A stretch of 63,114 nucleotides of DNA from an uncultured Gammaproteobacteria bacterium (GTDB taxonomy: Bacteria; Patescibacteriota; Microgenomatia; UBA10105; UBA927), in the NCBI GenBank assembly GCA_964596355.1, contig CAZQTD010000005.1, positions 1-63,114 of the forward strand, read 5' to 3'. A program made the position numbers and the translations under genes. The notes below the pieces were generated by a model, which saw only the letters and a program-made list of their open reading frames with translations, made no database searches and had not been told where the DNA came from. This document shows, one piece after another, positions 37,328 through 46,449 of the stretch (within the stretch, counting starts at the first letter, position 1; each line of letters opens with the position of its first letter).

Positions 37328-38197
37328 ATGAGAAAGATTCGTAAAGCTGTCATTCCGGCAGCGGGCTTCGGGACGCGGTTTTTACCCCAGACCAAGGCGA
37401 TGCCCAAGGAGATGCTGCCGATTGTCGACAAGCCCGTCATCCAGTACGTGGTAGAAGAGCTGGTTGCGTCGGGAATTACTGATATTATCATCGTTACCGG
37501 CTGGCACAAGCGGTCGATTGAGGACCACTTTGACTATCCGTTTGAACTTATCACCCTGTTGGAACAGCAAAAGAAGCACGAGCTTCTTGAGGAAGTCAAG
37601 CGCACGGCATCTCTTGCTAACTTTATCTACATCCGCCAAAAGGGGCCGTACGGCAACGGGACGCCGGTTTTGTGCGCCAAGCCCATTATCGGCGACGAGC
37701 CGTTCGTGGCCATCTGGGGAGATGAGTTTATCTACGCCACGCCGCCGCGCGCACGCCAGTGCATCGAGGTGTTTGCCAAATACGGCGATCCGGTGATTTC
37801 TGCGGTGCGCGTGCCGGAGGGAGACGTATCGCGGTACGGTATCGTGGAGGCAATCAAAGTGGAAAAGAACATTTGGCAGATTAAGCGTCTCGTGGAAAAA
37901 CCGACTAAAGAAGAAGCGCCGTCAAATCTCGCTGCCCACGGGTGCTACGTTCTTACCTCCGATATTTTTGACATGCTGGAGCGTACCAAGCCCGGTCGCG
38001 GCGATGAGATATGGTTGACCGATGCAATTCGCGACCTAATGAAAACCAGGCCGGTCTATGCGTGCGAAGTACGCGACGCCGTGTATTACGATACGGGCAA
38101 TAAGCTAGAGTACCTCAAAACCGTCATCGAATTTGCGCTTCAACACAAAGAGTTAAATGGAGAATTTCGCAAGTACCTCAAGGGATTACCGTTATGA
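37328..38197 (+). CDS. galU: UTP--glucose-1-phosphate uridylyltransferase
   Basis: KAVIPAAGFGTRFLPQTKAMPKEMLPIVDKP, LVEKP, YDTGNK. Confidence 0.95.
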   Translation: MRKIRKAVIPAAGFGTRFLPQTKAMPKEMLPIVDKPVIQYVVEELVASGITDIIIVTGWHKRSIEDHFDYPFELITLLEQQKKHELLEEVKRTASLANFIYIRQKGPYGNGTPVLCAKPIIGDEPFVAIWGDEFIYATPPRARQCIEVFAKYGDPVISAVRVPEGDVSRYGIVEAIKVEKNIWQIKRLVEKPTKEEAPSNLAAHGCYVLTSDIFDMLERTKPGRGDEIWLTDAIRDLMKTRPVYACEVRDAVYYDTGNKLEYLKTVIEFALQHKELNGEFRKYLKGLPL

Positions 38198-38268
38198 TAT
38201 CCGCCAGCGAATGACCAATTGAACACCAGGTTGCTTGAACAAGCAAATTCTTTTATCATGAATACCAT

Positions 38269-38805
38269 ATGAGAAAAGGCGTCGCAAAGATAAAAGGATT
38301 GGGCTTTGTGACGTGGCACGCTAAACACGAGGTATTTCATGTTGTGCTTGGAGTGAGTTTAGCGTGGGCGCTTCAGGAGATCTGGGGGGAGTTTCATGTC
38401 AAGTGGGTTATCGTTGCCGTGGTCGGATCGTTATTGCCCGATGCCGACCATATTCTCTATTTTTTAACATACGGGAGAAAAGATCTATATACCAAAGAAA
38501 TTGTTTCGATGTTCAAAAAACACAGTTGGCGATCGCTTGCGGTGTTTCTTGAACAAGGACATAAACAAAATACGAATTTAAGCTACCATAATTATTACTT
38601 CGTTGTATTCCTCGTTATCCTCGCTGTTGCATCATATTTCTACGACTGGCGCACATCGGTTGTGTTTCTGGGTTCGATGCTGACGCATTATGTTTTTGAT
38701 ATCATTGATGACATTTTGATGCTCGGATACGTAAACCCTAACTGGAAACGATGGGGAAACCGAAGGAAAAAGTCTATTCTTCCCAAAACGCAACAATTCA
38801 TTTGA
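38269..38805 (+). CDS. Membrane-bound metal-dependent hydrolase (YdjM-like)
   Basis: 'HEVFH', 'GSLLPDADH', 'THYVFD'. Confidence 0.75.
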   Translation: MRKGVAKIKGLGFVTWHAKHEVFHVVLGVSLAWALQEIWGEFHVKWVIVAVVGSLLPDADHILYFLTYGRKDLYTKEIVSMFKKHSWRSLAVFLEQGHKQNTNLSYHNYYFVVFLVILAVASYFYDWRTSVVFLGSMLTHYVFDIIDDILMLGYVNPNWKRWGNRRKKSILPKTQQFI

Positions 38806-39194
38806 AACTCACGTGCTATCAGATTTTAGGAAAAGGCAGGGGGAAGCTCTTGGGGTTTCCGACGATCAATTTGGCCGTACAAGGAAGTGCCTTGCATAAC
38901 ACTGCGCTTGACGATGGAATCTATGCCGCGTGGGTGACGATTCGGGGTAAGCGGTTCATGGGCGCGCTCCACTGTGGCCCCGTGCCGACATTTCATGAGA
39001 AAGAAAAGAGCGTGGAAGTGTTTCTGCTTGATGCTTCGGACGAAACGCTTGGAGAAACCCAAAATGCGCCGATTACTGTTGAACCGGTGAAGCGCGTGCG
39101 AGACGTTCGTGCGTTTGCCAATTCGCAAGAACTTATTCGCCAGATGCGGCAGGATGTTGAGCAGGTGCGTCAAATCCTTGCGAACGCTGGGTAA
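38802..39194 (+). CDS. Stand-alone riboflavin kinase domain
   Basis: GKGRGKLLGFPTIN, DGIYA, GPVPTF, VEVFLLD, VRAF; start uncertain (TTG 38802). Confidence 0.85.
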   Translation: MKLTCYQILGKGRGKLLGFPTINLAVQGSALHNTALDDGIYAAWVTIRGKRFMGALHCGPVPTFHEKEKSVEVFLLDASDETLGETQNAPITVEPVKRVRDVRAFANSQELIRQMRQDVEQVRQILANAG

Positions 39195-40373
39195 TTACGC
39201 AGATGTAATCGGCGGGGGAGCGTTGGATCGCGGCGGCTTGCGCTTGAGAATGAGAATGATGAGCCCCAGCGCCGCAGCGGCAATGGCAACGATGACCCAC
39301 GGATTTTTCTTGGGCGTTTCTTGTTCGTCTTCGGTTAGGCGTTGTTGCGGGATGTTAAGTTGCGGCCGCTTATAGCGAATTGTGGGGCTCGGCGTGTCTG
39401 CGATGATGCTGACGACCTGAAGAGTCGGGGTAGGTGTTGCGGTAGCGCCTGCTTTTTTGCTTGGTGTGGGTGTTGCCGCCTGGCCCGAAGAGGCTTGACT
39501 TTTTCCTGCGGCGATTTTTATGATTTTTTTGCAGTCCGAGGAGATGCCTGAATACGCATTGTTGCTGTCAAACATCCGGCAGCTGGCGCCGAGCGACCCA
39601 ATTTGCGTATAGGTGTGCGTGATGCTTATTGATCCCGAGTCGCCGATTGCCTTTGGGACGGTTTGGCTTGTGCGATCGCCGAATATAAATTCCGCTCCGG
39701 TTATGTTGCCGTCTTCGTCCGTGCCGGAACACGTGAATGTGACGGCAAGCGGTACACCGGTGCCGGCAGTGGGACTGGCAGAAAGTCCTGTGCAAACCGG
39801 CGGGATATTTGCTTGCGCTTGGTTCGTTGTGGTTGTGGTCGTGGGGGTATTGGTTGGCGTGGCGCCGCTTCCCGAGTATGTTAAAGAAACCATATTGAGG
39901 TTCGCGCACGATAAGATGTTGGTTCCGCTGGTATTGAGAATCTGTGTGTCGACGCCTGACCCCGTGCAAACATAGGAAATTGTACTACTCCCTGAATCGT
40001 TTTTGGCCCTGAATGTGATGGTGGCAAATGTCCCGTTGCCTGCTCTGCTTTCATAAAGCGACGAAAAGTATCCGTGAAGTTCAAGTTTACCTGTGGGGGT
40101 ATTTGCTTTGTTAAACTGGGGGAAAAATCCGCCGTTTGTAACATTGACGACCTCAAGGTCCGCGCCGGCGTAGGTGACTACAGCGTCTGCGCCAAAGGTC
40201 TGCTGGCTTTCGACGTTGATTGCGATGGAAATATCAAACAGTGAGTCTTTGACGACTGTTTGACTTGCCGGCGCAAACTGAAGACTCGGCGCCGCCTGCG
40301 CGTGACGAGCAAACGCCAAGCTTGTAATGACGATGAAAAACGATATGAGAATGGTGTGCAGTTTACTGTTCAT
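39195..40373 (-). CDS. Cohesin-domain + PKD-like surface protein with C-terminal TM anchor
   Basis: 'LQFAPASQTV...GADAVVTY...GNGTFATITFRAK' cohesin-like; 'FIFGD...HTYTQIG' PKD-like; hydrophobic C-terminus plus basic tail. Confidence 0.75.
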   Translation of the reverse strand: MNSKLHTILISFFIVITSLAFARHAQAAPSLQFAPASQTVVKDSLFDISIAINVESQQTFGADAVVTYAGADLEVVNVTNGGFFPQFNKANTPTGKLELHGYFSSLYESRAGNGTFATITFRAKNDSGSSTISYVCTGSGVDTQILNTSGTNILSCANLNMVSLTYSGSGATPTNTPTTTTTTNQAQANIPPVCTGLSASPTAGTGVPLAVTFTCSGTDEDGNITGAEFIFGDRTSQTVPKAIGDSGSISITHTYTQIGSLGASCRMFDSNNAYSGISSDCKKIIKIAAGKSQASSGQAATPTPSKKAGATATPTPTLQVVSIIADTPSPTIRYKRPQLNIPQQRLTEDEQETPKKNPWVIVAIAAAALGLIILILKRKPPRSNAPPPITSA

Positions 40374-41310
40374 CGTACCTTGTTTGTAGCGTTTGCCGCA
40401 TGAGGAACGCATCGCGCACATTGATGCACCCATTGTAATCCAAATCGGCAATCAATTTGTCCTCGGCCGTCAGGCTGTCGCAGGATTTGTTCAGGAGCGT
40501 CATGATGCGTTCAAAGTCATCGCCGTCTGCTTTGCCGTCCTGCGGCCACACGTCTCCGGGCGGAAGCGGCACGCCGGTTAGGTCAAAGTTGTAAGTGAGC
40601 GGTATAGGATTTGGGACTGTGATAAATTCATCATCTTCGCACGGGCCGGTTTGGCCTGCCTGACGGCAAAATTTAACCGCGATATGCTTTTCACCTTTAA
40701 TAATCAGCGTAAACGCAGTGCCCGCGGGCATGGGATTGTTAAGCACAACTGATGCTTCATATACATTGTTGTCAGCAGACGTAAGCGTGAGCGGTACAGG
40801 AAGCTGGAGAGTTGGGGCGTTGCGGCGCTGGAATTTGACGGATATCGTTGCGCCTTCTGCGGCGGCACCGCTTGCGCCGCCGAGTGTAACGCGAAGCCGC
40901 ATTGTTTGGGGAGCGACCGTCGGCGTCAGCAAGAGCGTAGGTGACGGTGTTGCCTCGGGTGTGGCTTGCGGCGACTCGGTGGGTGTTGGCATACCGCAGT
41001 TATCCAGGAATGGACGGCCGTTATTCACCCATTCCGTGTACCCTGCAAGCTCTTCGTCATTAAGCGGAGTAATCACCTGCGGGCAAACGACGTCGCTGTT
41101 CGGTTCCACGTGGGCGCCTCGGCACCCGTCAGGCCAGGCAAACGATTCTTCGTGCGCAATGACGCGGTTATAACATGGGGTAGACGATTCCTCCGCGCGT
41201 TTTCGCAGTTCTGTTCTGTGCGTTATAACAGCTAATACAAAGAACGGCAGCGCGATGAGAAGGGGAATGAGAATGATAAACCGCGGCACGCTTGAGGACG
41301 CATGTTTCAT
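40363..41310 (-). CDS. N-terminally anchored protein with C-terminal dockerin-like duplicated Ca-binding loops
   Basis: 'GDVWPQDGKADGDDF' and 'ADLDYNGCINVRDAFL'. Confidence 0.65.
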   Translation of the reverse strand: MKHASSSVPRFIILIPLLIALPFFVLAVITHRTELRKRAEESSTPCYNRVIAHEESFAWPDGCRGAHVEPNSDVVCPQVITPLNDEELAGYTEWVNNGRPFLDNCGMPTPTESPQATPEATPSPTLLLTPTVAPQTMRLRVTLGGASGAAAEGATISVKFQRRNAPTLQLPVPLTLTSADNNVYEASVVLNNPMPAGTAFTLIIKGEKHIAVKFCRQAGQTGPCEDDEFITVPNPIPLTYNFDLTGVPLPPGDVWPQDGKADGDDFERIMTLLNKSCDSLTAEDKLIADLDYNGCINVRDAFLMRQTLQTRYDEQ

Positions 41311-41565
41311 TACTTTAATCCTACGCGGGGAAGCAGAAGAAAGTCAAGGAGCCATATGTGATTTCCTGTGGTGCTGCGGTTGGAAGAATTCAAGGGAGGC
41401 AAGGCCGTCAATTATGCCTTGCGCGAGGGACGCATTATAGCATTGTGCTGTTTCATAACACAGCATAAACTGGTACAATACGTAAAGCTGGATGATCGTT
41501 GTTCAATTGGGAGAGCGGTCGTTCCCGAATCGCGCGCGGCAAAATCAGTAGCAGGTTTTTTGCGT

Positions 41566-41636
41566 AGGTCCGTGGTGAAACGGTATCACAGAGGTCTCCA
41601 AAACCTCTATTCCCCGTTCGAATCGGGGCGGACCTG
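41566..41636 (+). tRNA. tRNA-Trp(CCA)
   Basis: Acceptor AGGTCCG/CGGACCT, anticodon loop CTCCAAA, T-loop GTTCGAATC; no encoded CCA end. Confidence 0.93.
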
Positions 41637-41676
41637 CAAGAACGCCCACCGTTTCACACTGCATCGCAAGATATTC

Positions 41677-42201
41677 CTACCGAATAAGGCGAATGGTTTG
41701 GACAGCGTTATTGTACGTTTGCCCGTAGCCGGCGATAAAAACGTCCATCCCGTTGGTCGGATGAGTGAAGAGAAGCGCGTCAATGGGTGTACCGTCTTTG
41801 GCTGACGTTTCGTGGTAGAGCGAGGCTTTTACTCCAGGGGTGCCTGCGGCGCTTGCAATATCAACTGACTCGATTTGTCCAAGCGGCAGAGAAGAACGAG
41901 GGATATCTTGTTTGCACATAATGACGATTGCGTTATTTGGATCTTCAGGATTACTCAAAATCGCGCTGCCACTGGCGTTTTCCAATTTTTGAAACCCGTT
42001 AGGGATCGTAAGCGAAAAGCCGCAGTAGGAGTTGGTATAGAGCGACCCGGTTTGGTCAACGGCAGTCATTGGTTGTGCGGCTTGAGGCGTCGGTGCTGGT
42101 TCACTCATCGTTTTTCCAAACTTTCGTCCCACGTTGACGCCCAAAACCAATGCGGCAAAGACAGCTAGAAGCGTGATGACAAGGTACGTGTTGCGGTGCA
42201 T
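41677..42201 (-). CDS. Hypothetical secreted/single-TM protein
   Basis: N-terminal TM, 'YTNSYCGFSLTIP' PsbP-like start. Confidence 0.6.
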   Translation of the reverse strand: MHRNTYLVITLLAVFAALVLGVNVGRKFGKTMSEPAPTPQAAQPMTAVDQTGSLYTNSYCGFSLTIPNGFQKLENASGSAILSNPEDPNNAIVIMCKQDIPRSSLPLGQIESVDIASAAGTPGVKASLYHETSAKDGTPIDALLFTHPTNGMDVFIAGYGQTYNNAVQTIRLIR

Positions 42202-42214
42202 TGTTCGTTTATTG

Positions 42215-42428
42215 GTTAGTTCGTTAATTCGTTAGTTCGATTATATCTCAAATTTTTGAGTGAGAGGTACACATTCATACCATGATCCTTGAGCAATAGT
42301 AAGAAATCGATATTCATTTGGCCATCGGCTTGTAACGTGATATATCAGAAGAGAAAATTGGAAGGCCTCTTGATAGACCCGGAGTTCTTCAAATGTAAAC
42401 TTCATGTGCTTCGAATTAACGAACTAAC
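42215..42428. mobile_element. Four-helix-bundle remnant flanked by a perfect 17-bp inverted repeat made of octamer repeats
   Basis: GTTAGTTCGTTAATTCG 42215-42231 / CGAATTAACGAACTAAC 42412-42428; mobility is inferred. Confidence 0.55.
42241..42405 (-). pseudogene. Internally deleted four-helix-bundle gene (54 aa) not in the supplied ORF track
   Basis: MKFTFEELRVYQEAFQFSLLIYHVTSRWPNEYRFL-TIAQGSWYECVPLTQKFEI*; central SQ.RRA..S...NIAEG segment missing. Confidence 0.75.
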
Positions 42429-42444
42429 GCGTGTTGCCAACTAA

Positions 42445-42618
42445 CTAATCCAGTTTACTTGACTCTTTGTGCTCCGTATGTTTTCTGCAGCGGCGGCAAT
42501 ACTTTTTGAGCTTGAGTTTCTCGGGTGTATTGAGTTTATTGCGTGTTGTGACGTAGTTTTGCGATTTACACACCGTACACACCAGAGCAAAGAGTTCTCG
42601 CTGTTCCTTTTTTGCCAT
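42445..42618 (-). CDS. rpmG: 50S ribosomal protein L33 (zinc-ribbon form)
   Basis: CTVCKSQNYVTTRN, LKKYCRRCRKHTEHKE. Confidence 0.95.
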   Translation of the reverse strand: MAKKEQRELFALVCTVCKSQNYVTTRNKLNTPEKLKLKKYCRRCRKHTEHKESSKLD

Positions 42619-42666
42619 ACGATGACTTATTATACCGCATGCACCGTCGTACTCCAAGAGGGTTAC

Positions 42667-43554
42667 TCAAAGAAGCTTGTTTCTTATTATCGCTTCGACG
42701 ACTTTTTGCGCAAACAGCGCCTTGCCCGCATCACTTGGGTGGATGTGGTCGCCTTGGTTGATATACGGTTGTTTGCCTTCACCAAAAGCATCCAGACTCG
42801 GGTGGTAGGCATCTGCAAGCGGCAGATGCTGGCTTTTGGCAAATTGTACTGTTGAATCCAGATGGCGCTTGATGACGTCGGTCCGTTGCTGTTTGTCTAA
42901 AGGAGAAAAAGTAAGCCCCGGCGCGCCGTCACCAAACGTTGCGCTATTGGGAGCGATGGTGGCCGCCATGACGATAGCTCCTTGTGGGTTTACTGCTTTG
43001 AGTTTGTCAACCATAGCTGCAAGCCCCAGCCAGTGACGATCCAAACCGCCCTCGGCTTGGGGGAATGGGTTATAGCCAAACGATTCAATAACGACAATAT
43101 CCGGCTGAAGATTTGCCAGCGCCCTCATTTCTTGATTCTGATAGGTATAGTTTCCTGTAATACGAGCAAGGCCCTGTTCGATGGTGCTTGCCCCCACGCC
43201 GTAGTTATGAATTGTGAAGTGAGTCGTTGGAAACGCGGCCTTGAGTGCGTTTGCAAGGTGCGGGATGCCCGGACCGAGCGTATCGACCATGGAATCGCCC
43301 AGGACGGCGATGGTGTAGGATTGTTTCTTTGTTTGTTTGGCTTCCGGCGTCTGCGTGGGTGACGGCGTTGGGGTCAGCGTGCCTGTCGCTGCCGGTGGCG
43401 CCGGCGTCTGCGAGGTAACGATGAGTTGAGCAAATGATACTGCGGGTTTATGTGAAGCTTGCAGAGGATGCACAGTGGTTGCCTCATCGGCAAGCGGAGA
43501 AAGGATGCTCTCTGCGGCAAAGACCGCGGTGGCAACAAGCGAAAAAAGACTCAT
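42667..43554 (-). CDS. SGNH/GDSL hydrolase family secreted protein
   Basis: LGDSM, NYGVG, FGYN, DHIHP; the ORF-track start (43641) lies inside a tRNA, so start moved. Confidence 0.85.
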   Translation of the reverse strand: MSLFSLVATAVFAAESILSPLADEATTVHPLQASHKPAVSFAQLIVTSQTPAPPAATGTLTPTPSPTQTPEAKQTKKQSYTIAVLGDSMVDTLGPGIPHLANALKAAFPTTHFTIHNYGVGASTIEQGLARITGNYTYQNQEMRALANLQPDIVVIESFGYNPFPQAEGGLDRHWLGLAAMVDKLKAVNPQGAIVMAATIAPNSATFGDGAPGLTFSPLDKQQRTDVIKRHLDSTVQFAKSQHLPLADAYHPSLDAFGEGKQPYINQGDHIHPSDAGKALFAQKVVEAIIRNKLL

Positions 43555-43599
43555 ATACCCATAGTACAGGATTAGGGGCGTTTGAGGAAGGGCTCCTTG

Positions 43600-43671
43600 A
43601 GCCGCCGATGGGAATCGAACCCATGACCTAGTTCTTACCAAGAACTCGCTCTACCACTGAGCCACGACGGC
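43600..43671 (-). tRNA. tRNA-Thr(GGT)
   Basis: GCCGTCG acceptor, anticodon loop TTGGTAA, GTTCGATTC. Confidence 0.93.
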
Positions 43672-43714
43672 GATTGTTCCCTTATTCTATCAAAGATTAT
43701 GGTAGACTTCATGT

Positions 43715-44707
43715 ATGCGATGGATATTAATTGTTGCTTTTATCTTGGGTATAGCGGCGGGAGGATTTCTATACGTGCAACGTCGTTCGGACGGGCAGAC
43801 TCTTTCTCCCTTGGGAAAACGTATCGAAAAGCCCCTAGAGAACTATACGATTGAACAATTAAGCCGGCGCGAATTTGTTGGCAGCCGGATTGTTTTTGAT
43901 GATGCTGTGGCCACGACGAGTTGGTATACGGTTTATCTTTTTCATTTCGTAAGCGACGGCAAAAAAGTCACTGGCCTTGCGCACGTGCCGCGCGACGCGT
44001 CGGAAACGAATAAAAAGCCAGTTATTGTGCAGCTGCGCGGTTATGTGGACAAAGAGACGTATACGCCGGGAGAAGGGACGAGGCGAAGCGCAGAAGTATT
44101 TGCGCGGAACGGATTTATTTCCTTGGCTTCGGATTCATTGGGATATGGCGGAAGCGACATGCCGTCAAGCGATGTATTTGAGGAGCGGTTTCAGACATAC
44201 ACCACGACGCTTAACCTGCTTGCGTCAATTCCCACGTTGCCCATGGCAGACGCTGATCGGGTCGGTCTATGGGGACACAGTAACGGCGGGCAGATTGCGC
44301 TAACTGTCCTTGAAATACTCGGGGAGCGAGGCAGGCGATATCCTACGACGCTGTGGGCGCCGGTCACCAAGCCGTTTCCATATGCAATTTTGTATTACAC
44401 GGATGAGGCGGAGGATCACGGCAAAGCGCTTAGAAAGCGTTTGGCAGAGTTTGAGCGAGAGTATGACGTTGAGCGTTATTCACTGCCAAACTATGTTGAT
44501 CGCATCCGCGCGCCGCTCCAGCTTCACCAAGGAGGGCTAGACGAATCTGTGCCGAAGGCGTGGAGCGATGAGTTTGTGGCGCGGTTGAAAGAGAAACTAA
44601 AGGATATCACGTATTTTACCTATCCAAACGCAGATCACAACATGCTTCCCTCGTGGAGTACAGTGGTGAGCCGTGATATTGAGTTTTTTCGACGCGCCCT
44701 CTATTGA
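43715..44707 (+). CDS. Secreted alpha/beta hydrolase (S9 peptidase-like)
   Basis: GHSNGG nucleophile elbow, DESV, ADHN. Confidence 0.85.
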   Translation: MRWILIVAFILGIAAGGFLYVQRRSDGQTLSPLGKRIEKPLENYTIEQLSRREFVGSRIVFDDAVATTSWYTVYLFHFVSDGKKVTGLAHVPRDASETNKKPVIVQLRGYVDKETYTPGEGTRRSAEVFARNGFISLASDSLGYGGSDMPSSDVFEERFQTYTTTLNLLASIPTLPMADADRVGLWGHSNGGQIALTVLEILGERGRRYPTTLWAPVTKPFPYAILYYTDEAEDHGKALRKRLAEFEREYDVERYSLPNYVDRIRAPLQLHQGGLDESVPKAWSDEFVARLKEKLKDITYFTYPNADHNMLPSWSTVVSRDIEFFRRALY

Positions 44708-44719
44708 CGGGTGATGTGC

Positions 44720-45223
44720 TTACGGCCTTGGCATGAGGAAGACTGCCGAGCAACTCGCTTTGGCGTCTTTGTCATCAACAAGCGCTACATCAACGGTTGT
44801 CGGGACATTGGGCTTAAGATCAATCCCTTGCGTGGTGCACTTAAATACATTGCCGTTTCGTTCGGCTTTGGCTGTTAAATCCGTTGATGTGACCGTCTCT
44901 GTTGCAACAACCTTGTTTTCCTGTGATACGGTGAACGTACAGTCAACCTTTGTTGCTCCGGGCACGTCGCTTCCTTCGACGGAAAGATAGTATTTCGTAA
45001 ATCCGATGACGGGATTGTAGTATTGATAATCGCACCCAAGTTTCGTGATTGGCCCCAGCGTTGGCGTCGGACCAGTAGAAACCGCTGCGCCCATCTGTTC
45101 TTTCGCCGGTTGTGCCGGTTTGGGACGCAAAAGATAGCCTGCGCCGATGACTGCAACTAATACGACCGCGCCAATAATATAGTAGAGCGTGTTATTTTGG
45201 TTTTCCATTGGTTCTTCTTCCAT
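44720..45223 (-). CDS. Hypothetical single-TM protein with Cys-containing beta domain
   Basis: N-terminal TM, four Cys. Confidence 0.6.
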   Translation of the reverse strand: MEEEPMENQNNTLYYIIGAVVLVAVIGAGYLLRPKPAQPAKEQMGAAVSTGPTPTLGPITKLGCDYQYYNPVIGFTKYYLSVEGSDVPGATKVDCTFTVSQENKVVATETVTSTDLTAKAERNGNVFKCTTQGIDLKPNVPTTVDVALVDDKDAKASCSAVFLMPRP

Positions 45224-45286
45224 ATGGAATTCAGTATATACAGGTTGTTATCCGTTGCGCAATAGGGAAAATAGTTCTATAGGTTG

Positions 45287-45371
45287 TGCTGAGGCCAGGA
45301 TTCGAACCTGGGTAGCCCGTAAGGGCGTCAGATTTACAGTCTGATACGATTGACCGCTCCGCCACCTCAGC
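45287..45371 (-). tRNA. tRNA-Tyr(GTA)
   Basis: GCTGAGG/CCTCAGC acceptor, anticodon loop CTGTAAA, long variable arm. Confidence 0.93.
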
Positions 45372-45460
45372 GTTTCGATACCGAATATATTATACTGAAT
45401 TTTTTCATGAGATGCATGGATGGCATTTATCACGCCAATCATGTATGCTTACGCGTAGTT

Positions 45461-45784
45461 ATGCTTACCCGTGGGCGATTGAAAGAAAACGTTGCGCCGT
45501 TTGTCAGGCGCGTTCGCGGTATCGCGCAGACATATCGCATGGCAATATTGTACCTTCTTTCGTACGATCCTCTGGAGGTGCGGGACCTTACCGATTATCT
45601 TAAGATAAAGGAAAACCTTGTTTCTCACCATCTCAAGCAGCTTCTGCGTACCGGTTGGATCGTTCGCGTCAAGCAGGGGCGAATAGTGACGTACCGGCTG
45701 CGCGAAAAAAACTTCTTTGAATTTTTCCGGCTGTTTGAAGATACGCCGTTTGGCCGTGAGGTGCTGTCCAAACAAAAACCGTGA
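45461..45784 (+). CDS. ArsR/SmtB family transcriptional regulator
   Basis: 'YRMAILYLL..DPLEVRDL...ENLVSHHLKQL...G.IVRVKQGRIVTYRL'. Confidence 0.85.
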   Translation: MLTRGRLKENVAPFVRRVRGIAQTYRMAILYLLSYDPLEVRDLTDYLKIKENLVSHHLKQLLRTGWIVRVKQGRIVTYRLREKNFFEFFRLFEDTPFGREVLSKQKP

Positions 45785-45855
45785 GCCGACGAGAGGATTT
45801 GAACCTCCGACCAGCCGCTTACAAAGCGGATGCTCTACCGCTGAGCTACGTCGGC
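45784..45855 (-). tRNA. tRNA-Thr(TGT)
   Basis: GCCGACG/CGTCGGC acceptor, anticodon loop TTTGTAA, GTTCAAATC; one mismatch at top of anticodon stem. Confidence 0.9.
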
Positions 45856-46148
45856 ACTGCCAAGATTTTTATTTTATCAGAGTAAAAGCTGAACGGCAAC
45901 GCGTCGGGGTTGTCAAGAGGGAAGAAGGAAATCATTTCGCCCGGTGGCCTTGAAGTATTTTCCCCGATCTATTCAATCGGATGGACTAAGCCGATATCCA
46001 CGGACATCGAGCTACATTATCCTGTTGCCTCTTACATCGTAAGAGACTACCTCATTTGTTTTGAACTTGTAGAGGAAAATTATCTTCAAGCTCTCCACAC
46101 GGGCATATGTATGCTACCGTACTTGGGATTTTGTTGTCAAGGTGTGAT

Positions 46149-46316
46149 TTATCGACCAAGAGCGATTAGCTCGATGATGGTAATAATCGCGAGAGTATTG
46201 CTGATAAAAAATATCCATGCGGCTTTCTCATTAAGCGGAAGCGGTTCCCAGGCGCGCTGAAATGTTTTGGTCCATAGCTGGACATTGATGACGATGATGC
46301 GCGAGATTGTCTTCAT
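46149..46316 (-). CDS. Possible 55-aa membrane peptide
   Basis: MKTISRIIVINVQLWTKTFQRAWEPLPLNEKAAWIFFISNTLAIITIIELIALGR; hydrophobic C-terminal half; no homology check. Confidence 0.35.
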   Translation of the reverse strand: MKTISRIIVINVQLWTKTFQRAWEPLPLNEKAAWIFFISNTLAIITIIELIALGR

Positions 46317-46329
46317 TATTCACAAACAA

Positions 46330-46373
46330 GATACCCCTCGTATCCTTGTGACGTATGTGATACGAGGGATATC
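46330..46373. repeat. Inverted repeat CCCTCGTATC-N14-GATACGAGGG downstream of NDT-RHH gene
   Basis: 46335-46344 / 46359-46368, extendable with one mismatch. Confidence 0.75.
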
Positions 46374-46449
46374 AGAAAGAACTCAAGCGGTAGTATAAAC
46401 GGATTCAGCAGTTTTTGCGATGCATCACGGTGATGTATATCTGATTATT

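Noticed and set aside
43555-43641. N-terminal part of the ORF-track SGNH protein (MVRTRSWVRFPSAAQ...)
   Set aside because: This is translation of tRNA-Thr sequence. The real start is 43554, with a -10 box 6 nt upstream.
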